From an uncultured Nitrososphaerota archaeon (GTDB taxonomy: Archaea; Korarchaeota; Korarchaeia; Korarchaeales; Korarchaeaceae): DNA of 64,000 bases. The position numbers and the translations under genes were made by a program. The notes under the pieces were generated by a model. The model worked only from the letters and a program-made list of their open reading frames with translations, was not told where the DNA came from and ran no database searches. The stretch is taken from contig CAZQNA010000003.1 in assembly GCA_964594835.1 (NCBI GenBank), forward strand, positions 1 to 64,000. Direction: 5' to 3'. Of this stretch, positions 63,349 through 64,000 are shown piece after piece. Every line of letters starts with the position of its first letter. Within the stretch, counting starts at the first letter, position 1.

Positions 63349-63786
63349 CTACACCTCGCGGAATACGAGGTCTATCCCGTACTCCCTCGGCTCTCCACCT
63401 TGGAACGCCAGCCTCACCCCTCTAGAGGAGTAGACGACCTGAATACTTGCAATGTAGGGGCAGAGCACAAGTGGAACTCTCTTCCTCATGAGTTCCTGCA
63501 GAAAGTCCGTCAACGTGGGCCTCACTACTTGCACCACCAGCCGGTCACCCTCCTCAACGATCTTCACATCCTCTGCGAGGCCGAGCTTCTTCACTAGCAG
63601 ATCCCTGAGCTCGTTGTTGCTCATGTCCCTGCGAGCCAGGCCCATATCCTCTAGGAATTCGAACATGCCCTCCGCGATGCACTTGGAGATTGCCCTGCCG
63701 CCAGATTCCGTCATTATTCGACTGAAGGCCTTGTTCACGCCAAACAAGATGGAGCTGACGAAGGCCTGAGAGACCGACTTGGACAT
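63349..63786 (-). CDS. Hypothetical protein with V4R/HNOX-like effector-domain character
   Basis: 145 aa helix-rich N-terminus, beta strands and LCPY motif, SD GGGGGT. Confidence 0.55.
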   Translation of the reverse strand: MSKSVSQAFVSSILFGVNKAFSRIMTESGGRAISKCIAEGMFEFLEDMGLARRDMSNNELRDLLVKKLGLAEDVKIVEEGDRLVVQVVRPTLTDFLQELMRKRVPLVLCPYIASIQVVYSSRGVRLAFQGGEPREYGIDLVFREV

Positions 63787-63867
63787 CAGGAGACCCCCCT
63801 TGAGCTTTCAAAAAGAGGGACCCTTGAGGTAAGTAGCGGGAGATCGTCTCTAGCCTGTTGTTAACAC

Positions 63868-63890
63868 TTATATATGTATCTGTGATACGT
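63868..63890 (+). promoter_or_regulatory. TATA box plus inverted repeat (PadR operator candidate)
   Basis: TTATATA followed by ATGTATC-TGT-GATACGT before ATG 63902. Confidence 0.55.
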
Positions 63891-63901
63891 CTACATCTGA
63901 T

Positions 63902-64000
63902 ATGAGCAAGTGTCGAGGCCCCTGCCGGCCGGGTCCTCCCGGCCTCATACCGCTCCTGATACTTAGGCTGGCGTATGAAGGGCCGGTTCACGGCTACCAA
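63902..64000 (+). CDS. PadR family regulator (5' partial)
   Basis: MSKCRGPCRPGPPGLIPLLILRLAYEGPVHGYQ carries the L.IL.L...GPxHGY motif. Confidence 0.8.
   Translation, partial: MSKCRGPCRPGPPGLIPLLILRLAYEGPVHGYQ

Noticed and set aside
1-64000. tRNA, rRNA, RNase P/SRP RNA, transposase or integrase genes
   Set aside because: No cloverleaf, conserved RNA signature or transposase/recombinase motif was recognised by eye; a tRNAscan/Rfam run would be needed to exclude them fully.

Overview
GC-rich chromosomal segment of a (hyper)thermophilic archaeon. The evidence is TATA/BRE promoters, isopentenyl phosphate kinase, archaeal AsnRS-like asparagine synthetase, tungsten FOR-type oxidoreductase, Asp-ligated ferredoxin, NurA/HerA and Roadblock/V4R genes; a TACK lineage such as Korarchaeota is plausible but is inference. 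About 60 genes are densely packed. They include a lower-GC island of orphan membrane proteins (~0.2-2.8 kb), a thiBPQ thiamine ABC transporter under a clear TPP riboswitch with an SD-sequestering hairpin, an orphan m6A DNA methyltransferase, a DUF835/Roadblock/V4R signalling cluster, a MoxR-DUF58 operon, nucleoside and phospholipid salvage genes, a mevalonate-pathway cluster, a VapBC pair, three ABC exporters, Lrp-asnA with 31-bp-phased boxes, and a NurA-HerA pair without mre11/rad50 that is divergent from a DUF429 nuclease and an MBL hydrolase. No rRNA, tRNA, CRISPR array or transposase was seen. The most notable observations are the archaeal TPP riboswitch, a membrane-anchored degenerate RidA-fold protein, a stand-alone Csx3-AAA-like P-loop protein, the four-gene nuclease/helicase cluster and a MacB-type ABC system with a long coiled-coil partner. 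All family assignments come from motif recognition by eye; no database searches were run.
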